64,000 bases of DNA from Octopus sinensis (Eukaryota): contig NC_043016.1 in the NCBI RefSeq assembly GCF_006345805.1, positions 21,266,001-21,330,000 of the forward strand. The letters run 5' to 3'. The notes below the pieces were generated by a model, which was given only the letters and a program-made list of their open reading frames with translations, searched no databases and was not told the origin of the DNA. Shown here piece by piece: positions 62,720-64,000 of this stretch; position 1 is the first letter of the stretch, and every line of letters starts with the position of its first letter. The position numbers and the translations under genes are program-made.

Positions 62720-63550
62720 GCATTTGCATAATTTCTTAGGAGGATGAACCTTCACCATTCATAGTGATCATAAAGCATTGACTTATGCATTGCAATCCAA
62801 GATGGATAAATATTCCTGAAGAGACAGCGTCACCTTACCAACACGTGCCAGTGGCACGTGAAAAACAATATTCAAGCGGATCGTTGCCAGCATCACCTTA
62901 CCGGCACATGTGCCGGTGGCATGTGAAAAACAACATTCAAACGTGGTCATTGCCAGTGCCACCGGACTGCTCCTGTGCAGGTAGCATGTAAAAACACTTT
63001 TTGAGCATGGTCATTACCAGAACTGCCTAACTGTCCCTTGTGCCGGTGGCATGTAAAAAGCACCCACTACACTACTCTCTAGTGGTTGGCATTAGGAAGG
63101 GCATCCAGCTGTAGAAACTTTGCCTGATCAGACTGAGCCTGGTGCAGCCTCTGGCTTACCAGTCCTCAGTCAAACCGTCCAACCCATGCCAGCATGGAAA
63201 ACAGACGTTAAACGATGATGATGATGATGATGATGCACAAACTGTTGATATTCATCATATCAAGGGTGCTGAAAATTTTGCAGTAGATGCTTTATCCCAT
63301 GTTTATCTCAATGTTTTGCATTCTGCTGATACTATTGATTTGGAGAAAATGGTGATGGATGAGAGAAGCAACAAAGAGTTATTGCAACTCTGAAATTCAG
63401 TCATCTTCTCTAGATTGATTTTCATCTATTACCACTATGTTCTAGTGTTTCATTTGGATGGTGTGATGTTTCAACTGGATTTTCTAGACCTTACACCCTG
63501 TAAAACTATAAACCACCTTTTCAGCTCTTCCTAAGTTATCTCATCCTGGT
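62720..63550 (+). mobile_element. Gypsy pol RNase H-integrase linker fragment interrupted by an RTE tail
   Basis: FTIHSDHKALTYAL.SKMDKYS before, and DIHHIKGAENFAVDALSH...WCDVSTG after the insertion. Confidence 0.8.
62825..63234 (+). mobile_element. RTE 3' tail copy with four GTGCC-GGCAC modules
   Basis: Repeated GTGCC.GTGGCA.GT.AAAA units, then tail and (GAT)n. Confidence 0.9.
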
Positions 63551-63559
63551 ATTTCAGCT

Positions 63560-64000
63560 TGGGTCTTCAAGAGGGGCCATGTTTCTGCTCTATAGAGGAG
63601 AATGGAGAGGACTATTGCATTGTAGATGTGGAGCTTCGTCTCCAAGGAGAAAGAGCAGTGAAAGCCAGAGGGGATTTCATAGGGAGTACATGACCCCAGC
63701 AGCCAGACTACATCTGCAATTGGTCTTTGGGATCAGGTCTCCATTATTGGTGACTGTGGAGTCTATGTAGATGAATGTACTGACACATTTCACAAGATGG
63801 GGACCAATATGGAGAGTGGGAGGATCCAGGCCATCTCCAACATGTATCAACTTGGTTTTCTCCCAACTCACCTAAAGGCCAAATCTTGCTGATCCTTCTC
63901 TGTATATTGTCAGTGCATCCTCTGCATACTGTCAGTATGTCAATCAAGTTGCTGAATAGGGTGGTATCACCCACATATTCCAGGTTGGTAAGGTGATAGT
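63560..64000 (-). mobile_element. Decayed LINE RT C-terminal fragment
   Basis: EYVGDTTL (YADD-like), MSWEKTKL, TFIYIDSTVTNNGDL. Confidence 0.65.

Overview
AT-rich, repeat-saturated eukaryotic DNA with no prokaryotic gene organisation. The SINE families, the (GAT)n-tailed RTE-type LINE and the dense (TA)/(CA) microsatellites suggest a cephalopod (octopus-like) genome; this is recognition from memory, not a database result. Most of the window is decayed mobile DNA: RTE-clade LINEs (near-complete copy 43.1-46.6 kb, others at 5.5, 24.9 and 50.4 kb), about 19 free or attached copies of their 3' tail, three tRNA-derived SINE types, many Penelope-like (RT/GIY-YIG) remnants with hammerhead-ribozyme-like motifs, R4/Dong-like REL-endonuclease LINE remnants, a CR1-like remnant, Helitron pieces, a hAT transposase, mariner, pogo-like and piggyBac-like remnants/MITEs, and Gypsy gag and RNase H fragments. 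Almost all long ORFs in the supplied track are microsatellite artefacts or transposon fragments. A few short, well-spliced minus-strand segments may be exons of an unidentified host gene, and a promoter-like motif cluster lies at 57.4 kb. The most notable observations are a ~115-bp-arm fold-back insertion with a 13-bp target duplication whose module also occurs as a direct repeat among Penelope remnants, Penelope-end hammerhead motifs, variable stem-loop arrays in the RTE 3' UTR, and a pre-miRNA-sized hairpin. No clearly new biological system can be demonstrated from sequence alone. Repeat boundaries are approximate.
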